Below, in pieces: positions 15,783-24,655 of a DNA stretch of 36,790 nt. The position numbers and the translations under genes are program-made. The stretch spans positions 1 through 36,790 of the forward strand of contig JAGQJW010000002.1 of assembly GCA_020430425.1 (NCBI GenBank), given 5' to 3'. The notes under the pieces were generated by a model, which was not told the origin of the DNA, made no database searches, and worked only from the letters and a program-made list of their open reading frames with translations. This DNA comes from Nanobdellota archaeon (GTDB lineage: Archaea; Nanobdellota; Nanobdellia; Woesearchaeales; SKGA01). Numbering within the stretch: the first letter of the stretch is position 1; every line of letters starts with the position of its first letter.

Positions 15783-16598
15783 TTACATCAATGGATTCTG
15801 GCCACCATATTCTGCGTAGAACTTGCCATTCCTGAAATCAAGTGAGAAGGTATCGTGGTTACAGCTGGTGGTTCTCATCTTCTTGACCTGAATCTCACGA
15901 ATCTGTTTTCGACGGTAAGATGCCAAGTGGATATAGATGATACCATCTGAAAGGAAATCTTCATTGAAATCACCAATCTTTGATCCATCAAGAGGAGTCT
16001 CTGTGATCATGTATGAGGTGATATTCAAGTCACGTAAGAATTCAAAGACATAGAACAGTTCGATACGAGGATTATTGAATTTTGAGAGGACGTGCAATGC
16101 ACTCAATGAATCAAGCACAAATAAATCGAGCTTGCTTTCCAGCTTAATCTTCTTGACGATATTTTTCATTACATTCAACCAACTACGGTTCTCATCAAGC
16201 TTAACATCCTTGATCTCTTTTCTGATGCAACCCACATCTGCAATGATAATATTTCCTGTCGTACTGGCATTGATATTCCTGATATCCTTTGCTAACGTTG
16301 ATAGATCACGAAGAACGATGAGATTCACTTTAGTGAAATCATAATCCATATTTATCATGTGATTGATGATGGAAGAATAGGATTGCTCCATGGAGAGATA
16401 TAACCCTGTTCTCTTGTTCTCAATAGCTTCATTGTAGAGAATGTTAAATGAGACGGACGATTTCATCGTACCTGCAGAACCTGCAATGAGTGTGATGTGA
16501 CCTCGAGGGATACCTCCTTGTAGTGCTTCATCAAAACCAGAAATATGTGTCTTTATACGGATAATCTCATCCTTTTTCTTCACAATTGGCTCAGCCAC
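15783..16598 (-). CDS. KaiC-like / RadA-paralog (aRadC-type) RecA-superfamily ATPase with a deviant P-loop
   Basis: GTG start with a GAGGGTG Shine-Dalgarno sequence. ISGFDEALQGGIPRGHITLIAGSAGTMKSS aligns with the KaiC/RadA GiPxG...G-x-x-G-x-G-K-T region, but the second Gly is Met. Other matches are LYLSMEQS (in place of ...EE), Walker B-like LFVLDSLSAL, and FLSDGIIYI...QVKKMRTT (KMRg). Confidence 0.78.
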   Translation of the reverse strand: MAEPIVKKKDEIIRIKTHISGFDEALQGGIPRGHITLIAGSAGTMKSSVSFNILYNEAIENKRTGLYLSMEQSYSSIINHMINMDYDFTKVNLIVLRDLSTLAKDIRNINASTTGNIIIADVGCIRKEIKDVKLDENRSWLNVMKNIVKKIKLESKLDLFVLDSLSALHVLSKFNNPRIELFYVFEFLRDLNITSYMITETPLDGSKIGDFNEDFLSDGIIYIHLASYRRKQIREIQVKKMRTTSCNHDTFSLDFRNGKFYAEYGGQNPLM

Positions 16599-16711
16599 TC
16601 ACTCACACCCTCTTTTTATGACTGGTAGGAAGTACAATTCTGCACTCTTCTTTCTCCTACTCTCCTGCATCTAAGAAACTTATCCTTTTTAAATCTTATC
16701 AAAATAATTCT

Positions 16712-17887
16712 CTATCTCAACTCAAACTCATAGACTATTCCTTGCTTAGTGGTAACGAGAATCTTCTCAGAATCAGGAATCTTTCGACAAGAGGTGATAT
16801 GTCCTTGAGTCTCTTCTTCAGCAAGTTTCTTTGCCGTATCCTCACCTACATCACGACTGGTCATCAAGGAGCTATACCCCGTCTGATTGATGATGCCTGA
16901 AAGCCCTGGCATAAAACTCAGATTAAAATCACCTTGTCCATCAAGCACATACATCTTCTGATCATAGCTCCCTGCAACGATACGAAAGAACCCATCCTTA
17001 TCGATAAGAACTGGCGGTGCAGTCACCCAGAAGTCCGTCTCATAAGACCAGATCTTCTCTCCTTGTGGGCTGATGCAATACACGTTGTTATCACAAGAGC
17101 CAAGCAAAATGTCCTTTCCCTGATCACTTGAAAGATGTGCAGTAATCGGCGCAGAAATAAGTGAACCCTTCGTCTCAAATTTCCATTTGAGCTCTCCGTC
17201 AAGAGTAAGTGCATAAAGATAATTGTCATGACTTGCAATGAGAAGAATCTTCTCTCCGTCACCAAACAGTTCGCAGGAGGTAAGATCTGCGGTGATCTGA
17301 CCTTTTGTCTGGTAAGTCCAAAGATGCAGACCTTTCGTGTTGAACGCAATCACTTTTCCATCTTCACAACCGACAAAAATCTTACCATCAACATAAAGAA
17401 TGTTTGAGGTGATCGGTGTATGGATCTTGATCGCCTTCATCTTTTTCCCTTTCAAATCCAAGAAGTGAACCACGCCATCGATGGTCCCTACAGCAATAGC
17501 AGGTTCTCCTCCTTCTTGAGGAATAATAGAAGGAGTTCCTCGAATGGCGCTTTCAACCTTTTGTTTCCAAATTTGAGAACCGTCTGCTGACAGACAGTAT
17601 ATCTCTCCAAGCTCTGTACCCACGTAGATGAAGTCTGCATGGACGAGTGGCGTGCAAACGATACTGGATGAATTTTCTTGATCAAGAAATAATGATTCTT
17701 CTTTTCCCAGATGAGGATTCGTCTCAAAAGACCATTGGATCTGCCCTTGAAAATTAACACAGACGATCTTTCCGGATTGTGTTCCAAAAACGATTCCTTT
17801 TTCTACAAAAGAACACTGAGAGGTGATATCAGTCTGGACATCAAGTGACCACTCTTTTGCAAGACCTTTTTTCTTGTGAGAAAACAT
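16712..17887 (-). CDS. PQQ-like (BamB-like) beta-propeller repeat protein, cytoplasmic (no signal peptide)
   Basis: Blade motifs recur about every 40-45 aa: GQIQWSFET, GSQIWKQKV, GLHLWTYQT, GELKWKFET, GEKIWSYET. Confidence 0.75.
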   Translation of the reverse strand: MFSHKKKGLAKEWSLDVQTDITSQCSFVEKGIVFGTQSGKIVCVNFQGQIQWSFETNPHLGKEESLFLDQENSSSIVCTPLVHADFIYVGTELGEIYCLSADGSQIWKQKVESAIRGTPSIIPQEGGEPAIAVGTIDGVVHFLDLKGKKMKAIKIHTPITSNILYVDGKIFVGCEDGKVIAFNTKGLHLWTYQTKGQITADLTSCELFGDGEKILLIASHDNYLYALTLDGELKWKFETKGSLISAPITAHLSSDQGKDILLGSCDNNVYCISPQGEKIWSYETDFWVTAPPVLIDKDGFFRIVAGSYDQKMYVLDGQGDFNLSFMPGLSGIINQTGYSSLMTSRDVGEDTAKKLAEEETQGHITSCRKIPDSEKILVTTKQGIVYEFELR

Positions 17888-17990
17888 TTTACCTCGACAC
17901 TTCCTTTTCTTCTTCTAATTAAAACAGCGTATATAAATATTTCCGTCACCAATAAACCACTCTAGAGGCACTACAGAGGCTAAGCGAAGG

Positions 17991-18000
17991 TTTTAAATAT
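17991..18000 (+). promoter_or_regulatory. TATA box (TTTTAAATAT) about 27 nt upstream of the ATG at 18022
   Basis: Motif and spacing. Confidence 0.45.
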
Positions 18001-18021
18001 CGCTAAAACGCCGTATGGCTT

Positions 18022-19428
18022 ATGACTGATCTCTCTCAATTATCCTCTGATGCGACGTCCTACAACACCGTTAGAGAAGGACTGAAAAAGGCAGGATACA
18101 AAGGAAAGGAACTAGACGAACAGCTCGCAACTTTCCAACAGGATCATCAACAAACAAATCATCAATACTATAGAAGACTCAACAGGCTTTTTGGTCTCAA
18201 AGAATTCCTCGACCGTCTTGCTTATGGTTTTGGAGCAACACAATTCGTCACTCTTTTTTTCTTTCTCACTGGAGCATCAGCATTTCTTGTCGGCATCATC
18301 AATGGACTAAAAGATCTTCTCGGCGGTCTGATCTCTTCATTTCTTCACCAGTACGCACACGTACAAACATTAGGAAAGAATTTCATCGCAAACTCAGGAA
18401 TCCTTTTCGGATTCAGTTTCCTTGGATTGGTGTTTGCAATAAGAACACATTCTGCACCTTTGTTTGCCGTCTTTGTCCTGCTTGGAAGTATCGGTGTAGT
18501 TGCGTATGGAGAACTGCACATGAGACTCTTTGAGAAAAGCATCCCTCACGAGAAGAAAAGCGGTTTTCTTAAGAAGCTCACCAGAAACGGCCTTCTCATT
18601 ACTGCACTTGCATTTGTAGGATCAGCATATCTCATAGACAGGTTCTCAAAAGATGTCTTGATGATAGGAACCTTTTCTCTTCCCCTCTCAGGATATTTTC
18701 TTATCTTTGAAGCGGCTGCAATAGCATTCATCCTCTCAGGATTCATCCTCTCAAAAATACCTGATTCAACGGAAACCGTCACTTATCCTTTCTGGAAATT
18801 TCTCAAGGAATATCGCCATCACCTTCGAGAACAACGCAAACTCTTCTTCTCAAACAAGCACATCAAGCTCCTTTATTTTGCAAATATGCTCACTACCATC
18901 ATCCAAAGTCTTGGAGCATCCTTTTACGGATACTATATCTACAAACTTTTTGAGCATCAGCTCTTTGGAGGATTCCTCAACGTAGCGATCATCTTTGGAA
19001 TTGCGATCCTCGTCTCCTTTCTTGGACCATCATTCACCCGAATGGTTCAGAAAAGTGCAGGGCTTGCACCTCTTTTCGTATTCGGAACTCTTCTTATTGC
19101 TATCATGCCTTTGACACTCGTCTATAATACTCACTTTCCTGCCATTGCTGTTGCAAGCAGTGCCATGGTCATTGGAGCAAGTACGTTAGGAGTGGCACAA
19201 GGCTTACTCACCAGAAAACTACTCTTTGCAGAAGAAAGAAAAGTGTTCTTCCAGTCGCAAAGCGTGATGCTGATCATTCCTTTTCTCATCTTCATCCCTG
19301 CTGGCGCGTATGTTGCAAGCAATTACTCATTTGAATTGCTCTTTAAGATACTTTTATATGTCCTTGTTGGCTTAGTCACTCCACTCTACCTCTTTTTGGT
19401 GATCCAATCAAGAAAGAAAAGGTTATGA
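18022..19428 (+). CDS. Polytopic membrane protein (10-12 TM helices), possible MFS-type transporter
   Basis: A soluble N-terminus of about 65 aa is followed by many hydrophobic helices. No diagnostic motif was seen, so the transporter call rests on topology alone. Confidence 0.6.
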   Translation: MTDLSQLSSDATSYNTVREGLKKAGYKGKELDEQLATFQQDHQQTNHQYYRRLNRLFGLKEFLDRLAYGFGATQFVTLFFFLTGASAFLVGIINGLKDLLGGLISSFLHQYAHVQTLGKNFIANSGILFGFSFLGLVFAIRTHSAPLFAVFVLLGSIGVVAYGELHMRLFEKSIPHEKKSGFLKKLTRNGLLITALAFVGSAYLIDRFSKDVLMIGTFSLPLSGYFLIFEAAAIAFILSGFILSKIPDSTETVTYPFWKFLKEYRHHLREQRKLFFSNKHIKLLYFANMLTTIIQSLGASFYGYYIYKLFEHQLFGGFLNVAIIFGIAILVSFLGPSFTRMVQKSAGLAPLFVFGTLLIAIMPLTLVYNTHFPAIAVASSAMVIGASTLGVAQGLLTRKLLFAEERKVFFQSQSVMLIIPFLIFIPAGAYVASNYSFELLFKILLYVLVGLVTPLYLFLVIQSRKKRL

Positions 19429-20054
19429 TTATGACAAACAAAATCCCTAAAGACAGCCTTGGAAGTCCCTTTAGCAAGTGGGAGCTGACTGTCAAAGAGA
19501 CCTTTGCTCTTGATGGACTGTATAAGAGGATCCATGATTTTCTCGTTGAGGAACAATGGAAAGATCTCAATGGTGGCGATGTCGATAGCGGTGGCGACGA
19601 GTTTGAAGACTACTATTTCCAGCGAACGCAAGGAGATATGAAGTTCCACGTCATCTGGTGGAGAGCAACCAAGAGACCAAAGATACACGGGAACAAATAC
19701 GTACAATTCTATCTCATCCTTGATATGGTAACTCAGGCACTCAAGGATAAGGAAGTCATCCACAATGGACAGAAAATAGGTCTTCATAATGGAGAGTTCA
19801 AGGTAAATGCCCAGCTCTTCCTTGTTGATGAGGATCCAAACAGTCCCGGGAATGCACAATGGAATGAACACCCGATACTCTCCTTTGTCAAGAAAAGATT
19901 CTGGAACCGAGAAAACAAGGGAGTCATGGGTGCCTGCAAAGGCGAGCTTATGAAATTCTCGAACGATCTCTATGAACTTATTCAACGGTATACGGGTGTA
20001 CTTCCAGAAGGACCAGTCAGAGATTTCTCTCCTGTCAAAGGAACACACAACTAA
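19425..20054 (+). CDS. Hypothetical soluble protein (209 aa), translationally coupled to the membrane protein
   Basis: ATGA start/stop overlap with 18022..19428. No motif recognised. Confidence 0.6.
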   Translation: MIMTNKIPKDSLGSPFSKWELTVKETFALDGLYKRIHDFLVEEQWKDLNGGDVDSGGDEFEDYYFQRTQGDMKFHVIWWRATKRPKIHGNKYVQFYLILDMVTQALKDKEVIHNGQKIGLHNGEFKVNAQLFLVDEDPNSPGNAQWNEHPILSFVKKRFWNRENKGVMGACKGELMKFSNDLYELIQRYTGVLPEGPVRDFSPVKGTHN

Positions 20055-20530
20055 TCTTCTTTGAGAATATCAACAACCTCAGCTCGGTTGATCTCTACCA
20101 ATGCTTGAGGTGATACAAGAATAGAATCCTCCAGAGTGCCTGCAGAAAAAATCACCTGATCAATGTCCAGAAGACTCCTATCAACGAATACTCTGATATT
20201 CCAGAGAGAACCAAAGGGAGGTACGCTTCCAACCACGCAATCGCTTAAGGAAAGCACTTCTTGGGGGTGGGCAAGAGAAACATTCTTTTCACCAAGAATC
20301 TTTTTGAGTTTCTTTAGAGAGATTCTTTGATGTGCTGGAACAACAGCCTGAAAAAAAGCTCCTGATTTTGTCTGTAAAACAATCGCTTTTGCACCGTGCT
20401 CGTGAGTTGTCCCTCGAAGGAGCGAAGCTCCTTTACTGTCCCGAGGAATCGTATCATGAGTCAAGTGCTTGTAGGAAATATTCTCGTCATCAAACAATTT
20501 CTTGATCTGTTCTAATGTTGCCTTACTCAT
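20051..20530 (-). CDS. YbaK/ProX-type aminoacyl-tRNA deacylase (trans-editing domain protein)
   Basis: The 159-aa sequence has KAIVLQTKSGAFFQAVVPAHQRISLKKLKKILGEKNVSLAHPQEV...VVGSVPPFG, which matches the YbaK/ProRS-associated editing domain pattern. Confidence 0.78.
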   Translation of the reverse strand: MSKATLEQIKKLFDDENISYKHLTHDTIPRDSKGASLLRGTTHEHGAKAIVLQTKSGAFFQAVVPAHQRISLKKLKKILGEKNVSLAHPQEVLSLSDCVVGSVPPFGSLWNIRVFVDRSLLDIDQVIFSAGTLEDSILVSPQALVEINRAEVVDILKED

Positions 20531-20531
20531 C

Positions 20532-22529
20532 TTAGTTCTGTTCCTGTTTTATGATCAGGACTTGATAGGGTGCGAGCCTTTGAAAACAGATCTCATGAGA
20601 GAACAGTGCGAAGTTCGTACTCTTCTGTGTGGAGAACTGTTCTGGAAATGCATACTGTCCAGTCCCTCGAAACTGTTCTCTATCACTGTCAAACACCAGA
20701 GAATAAGAACCTCGTTTCTGAACTCCGATAGAGTACTGGTGCAGCTCTCTTGAAGAAAGATTGACCAAGATATAGAACACATCCTTTGATCCTTGTGTCC
20801 TATCTTCTCGTCTGATGACCAGTACTTTATTGGTCTCATCGACATTCACATATTTTCGATAAATAGTGTTCTCAGGAAAGAATGCTGGATGACGAGTCAA
20901 TAAGTTAACCTGCTTCTTATACTCAATTACCTTTTTGGTATCCTCGTTTGTTCTCAACAGACCCCACTGGATGCTACTGTCGTGCTCAAAGGTTCCTTCC
21001 TGCAAGAGAAACGACTGCAAGAGATCAAGGAATCGACCCTCACAACCAAAAGCGATAATGGCTTCCATGACCTTGATTTTTCCGATCGCATGAAAAGCAA
21101 GATTAGGATTCTTGAGGATGAGCGCATCATAGGCATAGGAACCAGTCGCTCGACCATGCATGAGACCTGCTGCTGCATCGTGATTATGGAAGTCAGCAAT
21201 AGTACTATTGCTTCGGCCCCACTCTTTCTCATCACGAATGTGTTCAAAACGCCAGACTGAAGTCTCTTCAACAGCTTTAGGCATGAATTCCTTATGGAAA
21301 TAATACGTCAAGCGGCTGCTGTTGTAAGCAGTTGCCCCTAAAGCACGAGGCTCAGTTGCTAGGGGTGCAACCAACATCTTTGCGTTATCACCATAGAAAT
21401 AATGAGACTCGAGATGGATGAGTGCAAAAGGGTTGTGTGTGTAAATCTGCTCGATAAGCTCTCGCATGAACGGACGGCCGAATTCTCGATCAGGCCCTTG
21501 ACCCGCATCACCATATCGTAAGATACCATCGACATTATCAATACGAAAACCATCAATACCATATCGTATCAGATAATGCAGGGCACTTTCTGTAAGGTAT
21601 CGTCGCACATTACCATCACCATACCGAAAACGCATCGTGCCCCAAGGAGTCTGTTCTTGAAGGTAGGTCTCTTCATGATACTTGGTGATCCATTTGTGCA
21701 AACCAACATCTTCGCCATTCATTCCAAACAGTCGATAATCTTTGTGAGGGCAGTGGCTAAGAATAAGATCGCAGATGACTGCAATCCCTAACTCGTGGCA
21801 TTTGTCTATCATGCGAGCAAAGGAATCAGGATCCCCCCAATTTTTCTGCAAGGCAAAAGAATAAGGGACCAGATATCGAAACTTCCAGTTGTCTCCATCA
21901 ATGGATTGTGCAACGGGCAAGAACTGAATGGTGTTGAAGCCTAACTCTTTTACCTTCTCCAACACCCCACAAGTGGCGATGTAGGTAAACAAGTCCTGAT
22001 CACTCTCGGCAGTAGTCTTTGCACTTTCATCAAACTCAAACCATCGAGAGACAAGACCTGGAAGATCTGTCTGCAGGAGCGCTGTTGACTGACGAAGGGT
22101 ATTCGGTCCTGCAAACCGCTTCTTATACGTACTTGGATCATCGAAATCCCAGAAGATACAATTACCATCCTTATCAAAGAAAGTCGCTGCAGGATCACGA
22201 AGCAACTCGTTCCTTGTCAGAAAAAGATACGGATCCTTGTGCTTGAGAGCGGTTGTTCTCAACTCATGAAAACCAGACTCGTCCTGACAGGTGAACTTGA
22301 ATGAATCAAGATCATTTTCCCCCCACTCATTGAACGGACCAACCAAAAAAATATCATCAAAACTGTTTGAATAGACGCGAAAATCAACTTCCTTTGCCTG
22401 TCCTTTATCATCTCTTGACTTGACCTGATATCCAAACTCCTGCTGGTAAACCTTCTTTCTTTTCAAGTCCTGTCGGTACAGCAAGGATTCCCATTGATAG
22501 AAGATTGAACGTAAAGGGATTGCTGCCAT
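20532..22529 (-). CDS. GH13-family alpha-glucan-active enzyme with an N-terminal CBM48-like module (branching/debranching/amylase-like; specificity unresolved)
   Basis: The CBM48-like segment is VDFRVYSNSFDDIFLVGPFNEWGEN. GH13 regions are I AVICDLILSHCPH, II GIDGFRIDNVDGI (nucleophile Asp), III LIHLESHYF and IV IADFHNHDAAAG. Confidence 0.82.
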   Translation of the reverse strand: MAAIPLRSIFYQWESLLYRQDLKRKKVYQQEFGYQVKSRDDKGQAKEVDFRVYSNSFDDIFLVGPFNEWGENDLDSFKFTCQDESGFHELRTTALKHKDPYLFLTRNELLRDPAATFFDKDGNCIFWDFDDPSTYKKRFAGPNTLRQSTALLQTDLPGLVSRWFEFDESAKTTAESDQDLFTYIATCGVLEKVKELGFNTIQFLPVAQSIDGDNWKFRYLVPYSFALQKNWGDPDSFARMIDKCHELGIAVICDLILSHCPHKDYRLFGMNGEDVGLHKWITKYHEETYLQEQTPWGTMRFRYGDGNVRRYLTESALHYLIRYGIDGFRIDNVDGILRYGDAGQGPDREFGRPFMRELIEQIYTHNPFALIHLESHYFYGDNAKMLVAPLATEPRALGATAYNSSRLTYYFHKEFMPKAVEETSVWRFEHIRDEKEWGRSNSTIADFHNHDAAAGLMHGRATGSYAYDALILKNPNLAFHAIGKIKVMEAIIAFGCEGRFLDLLQSFLLQEGTFEHDSSIQWGLLRTNEDTKKVIEYKKQVNLLTRHPAFFPENTIYRKYVNVDETNKVLVIRREDRTQGSKDVFYILVNLSSRELHQYSIGVQKRGSYSLVFDSDREQFRGTGQYAFPEQFSTQKSTNFALFSHEICFQRLAPYQVLIIKQEQN

Positions 22530-22633
22530 GAATATACCTTCTAGACCTGTACAAAGCCCAGTTTATAAAGGTTTCAATCCTTTCAGGATTATCATCCATC
22601 ATTTTTTTAAATGAGTAGAACTCTCCCTCTCCC

Positions 22634-22969
22634 ATGGTCTTGAACAAACTACAACAAGCCTATGCTTATTCTCTGAACCAAGTCAAAAAATCAAATGGAA
22701 ACAGTAAATTCGGTGCGACAATAGATAACATCGTCAGTATCGGAATCGGAGGAAGTGCAGGAGTCATATCAACAATGGTTGAAGATCCTTTACTTCCTTT
22801 CTTTGTCATGTCTTTTCCAGGCACTGCCTACTCCTACGTAACAGAAGAAAAAAACCAATCAAAAGGAAACTACACGGGTATCATCAAGCAAGCAGGAATC
22901 GGCTACACTTCCTTTTTTGTCGGCCGATACCTTGCCCAAGCAGTAAAGCCATTCCTTCTTTTTCAATAA
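22634..22969 (+). CDS. Hypothetical small protein (111 aa), Gly-rich hydrophobic segments
   Basis: ORF only. IVSIGIGGSAGVISTMV and AGIGYTSFFVGRYL suggest membrane association. Confidence 0.45.
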   Translation: MVLNKLQQAYAYSLNQVKKSNGNSKFGATIDNIVSIGIGGSAGVISTMVEDPLLPFFVMSFPGTAYSYVTEEKNQSKGNYTGIIKQAGIGYTSFFVGRYLAQAVKPFLLFQ

Positions 22970-24646
22970 TTATTTTTTCCTTGTTGAAATGGCAAGCTCA
23001 TCAAGCTGTGCTTGACTTACCGAACTTGGAGAATCCATCATCAGATCGACAGCATCCTTGTTTTTTGGAAAAGCAATAACCTCTCTGATATTCTCTGCTC
23101 CTGCAAGAAGCATGACCATCCTGTCAAGACCAAAAGCAAGACCTCCGTGAGGTGGTGCTCCATACTCAAACGCACCTAGCAAGAAACCGAACTTCTCTTT
23201 CTGTTCCTGTTCGGTTATGCCTAAGGCATTGAACACTTCCACCTGCAGATCTCTCTGATGGATCCTGATGCTTCCACCACCAAGCTCAACACCATTAAGC
23301 GTCAAATCATAGGCTTTTGATTTAGCGTGGTGAGGCTCTGTTGCAAGCAGGTGTCTATCTTCTTCTTGAGGACTGGTGAATGGGTGGTGCATCGCAACAT
23401 ATCGACTATCTTCTTCACTCCATTCCATCAAGGGGAAATCAGTGATCCACAAGAAACTCCATTTCTCTTTGATCAGCTGCAGCTCTTTTCCCAGATGCAG
23501 TCGAACAGCACCAAGTGCTGCGGGAACAACGTGAATAGAATCTGCAACAAAGAAGAGATACTCATTATCCTTTAGCTCGACAGGAACATCCTTGAGGAAC
23601 TTTGCAATACCGCCAGCAAGATTTCCTTCTTCTTTTTTCACCCAAGCAAGACCTTTTGCACCGTAGACTTTAGCGATATCCGTCAGCTTATCGATCTGTT
23701 TTCTGGAAAAGTCACCAGCGACCTTCAAGCAACGAACAACTTCTGCTTCTTTGAAGATAGAAAAATCAGTTGCCTTTGCCCATTTCGTAACCTCTTCAAT
23801 CTCAAGACCAAAACGAACATCAGGCTTATCACTTCCAAACCGGAGCATGGCTTCGTCATACTTCATTCTCGCAAAAGGAATCGATAATTCGACACCGATG
23901 GTCTCTTTCCAGACCCGTGCAATCATCCCTTCCATAACTGAGTAGATATCCTCCTCTTGAACATAGGACATCTCCAGATCAATCTGAGTGAATTCTGGTT
24001 GCCTATCGGCTCGCAAATCCTCGTCACGAAAACATTTCACGATCTGCAAGTATCGATCAAGACCACCGACCTGAAAGAGCTGCTTGAAAATCTGTGGACT
24101 CTGCGGAAGCGCATAGAATTTCCCTTGGTTCACCCTGCTTGGTACCAGATAGTCTCTTGCACCTTCAGGAGTGCTCTTTCCAAGAATAGGCGTTTCCATC
24201 TCAAGGAACCCCAGTTCATCAAAATATTTTCGAACAGACATGGTCGCCTTGTGACGAAGAATAAGATTCTTTTGCATGTGTGAGGAACGAAGATCAAGAT
24301 ATCTATACTTGAGTCTTGTCTCTTCAGTTGCATTCTCATCAAGCGGAAGCGGTGCTGACCTGTTAAGAAGAATAACCTCTTTTGCCTGCACTTCAATCTC
24401 TCCTGTCTCCAGTTTCTTATTTGCTTCTGGTTTCTTGACTACTGTTCCTTTCACTTGGATGACTGACTCCTTTGAAGCGTCGATAGGTTTGTTTGAAGTC
24501 ACTTGCGTGATTCCGTATCTATCTCGAATATCAATAAAGGTGACTGCACCATGTGTTCGGATACTCTGTACCCAACCTGCAAGGGTCACTTCCTGACCTT
24601 CATTTGTCGCTCTCAACTCTCCACACGTATGACTTCGATACATCAC
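22970..24646 (-). CDS. aspS: Aspartyl-tRNA synthetase, bacterial type (with GAD-like insertion domain)
   Basis: OB-fold N-terminus (VTLAGWVQSIRTHGAVTFIDIRDRYG), motif 2 FRDEDLRADRQPEFTQIDLEMSY, GSDKPDVRFGLE followed by an insertion of about 130 aa, then WITDFPLMEW, HHPFTSP and motif 3 GGLAFGLDRMVMLLAG. The 558-aa length fits the bacterial type. Confidence 0.93.
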   Translation of the reverse strand: MMYRSHTCGELRATNEGQEVTLAGWVQSIRTHGAVTFIDIRDRYGITQVTSNKPIDASKESVIQVKGTVVKKPEANKKLETGEIEVQAKEVILLNRSAPLPLDENATEETRLKYRYLDLRSSHMQKNLILRHKATMSVRKYFDELGFLEMETPILGKSTPEGARDYLVPSRVNQGKFYALPQSPQIFKQLFQVGGLDRYLQIVKCFRDEDLRADRQPEFTQIDLEMSYVQEEDIYSVMEGMIARVWKETIGVELSIPFARMKYDEAMLRFGSDKPDVRFGLEIEEVTKWAKATDFSIFKEAEVVRCLKVAGDFSRKQIDKLTDIAKVYGAKGLAWVKKEEGNLAGGIAKFLKDVPVELKDNEYLFFVADSIHVVPAALGAVRLHLGKELQLIKEKWSFLWITDFPLMEWSEEDSRYVAMHHPFTSPQEEDRHLLATEPHHAKSKAYDLTLNGVELGGGSIRIHQRDLQVEVFNALGITEQEQKEKFGFLLGAFEYGAPPHGGLAFGLDRMVMLLAGAENIREVIAFPKNKDAVDLMMDSPSSVSQAQLDELAISTRKK

Positions 24647-24655
24647 ATTTCACCC

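Noticed and set aside
19386-20048. 220-codon antisense ORF covering the whole of gene 19425..20054
   Set aside because: The sense gene is ATGA-coupled to the upstream gene and ends in a stop interleaved with the convergent gene. The antisense ORF has no promoter, Shine-Dalgarno sequence or coupling signal. Purine-rich codon usage in this genome produces many long antisense ORFs.
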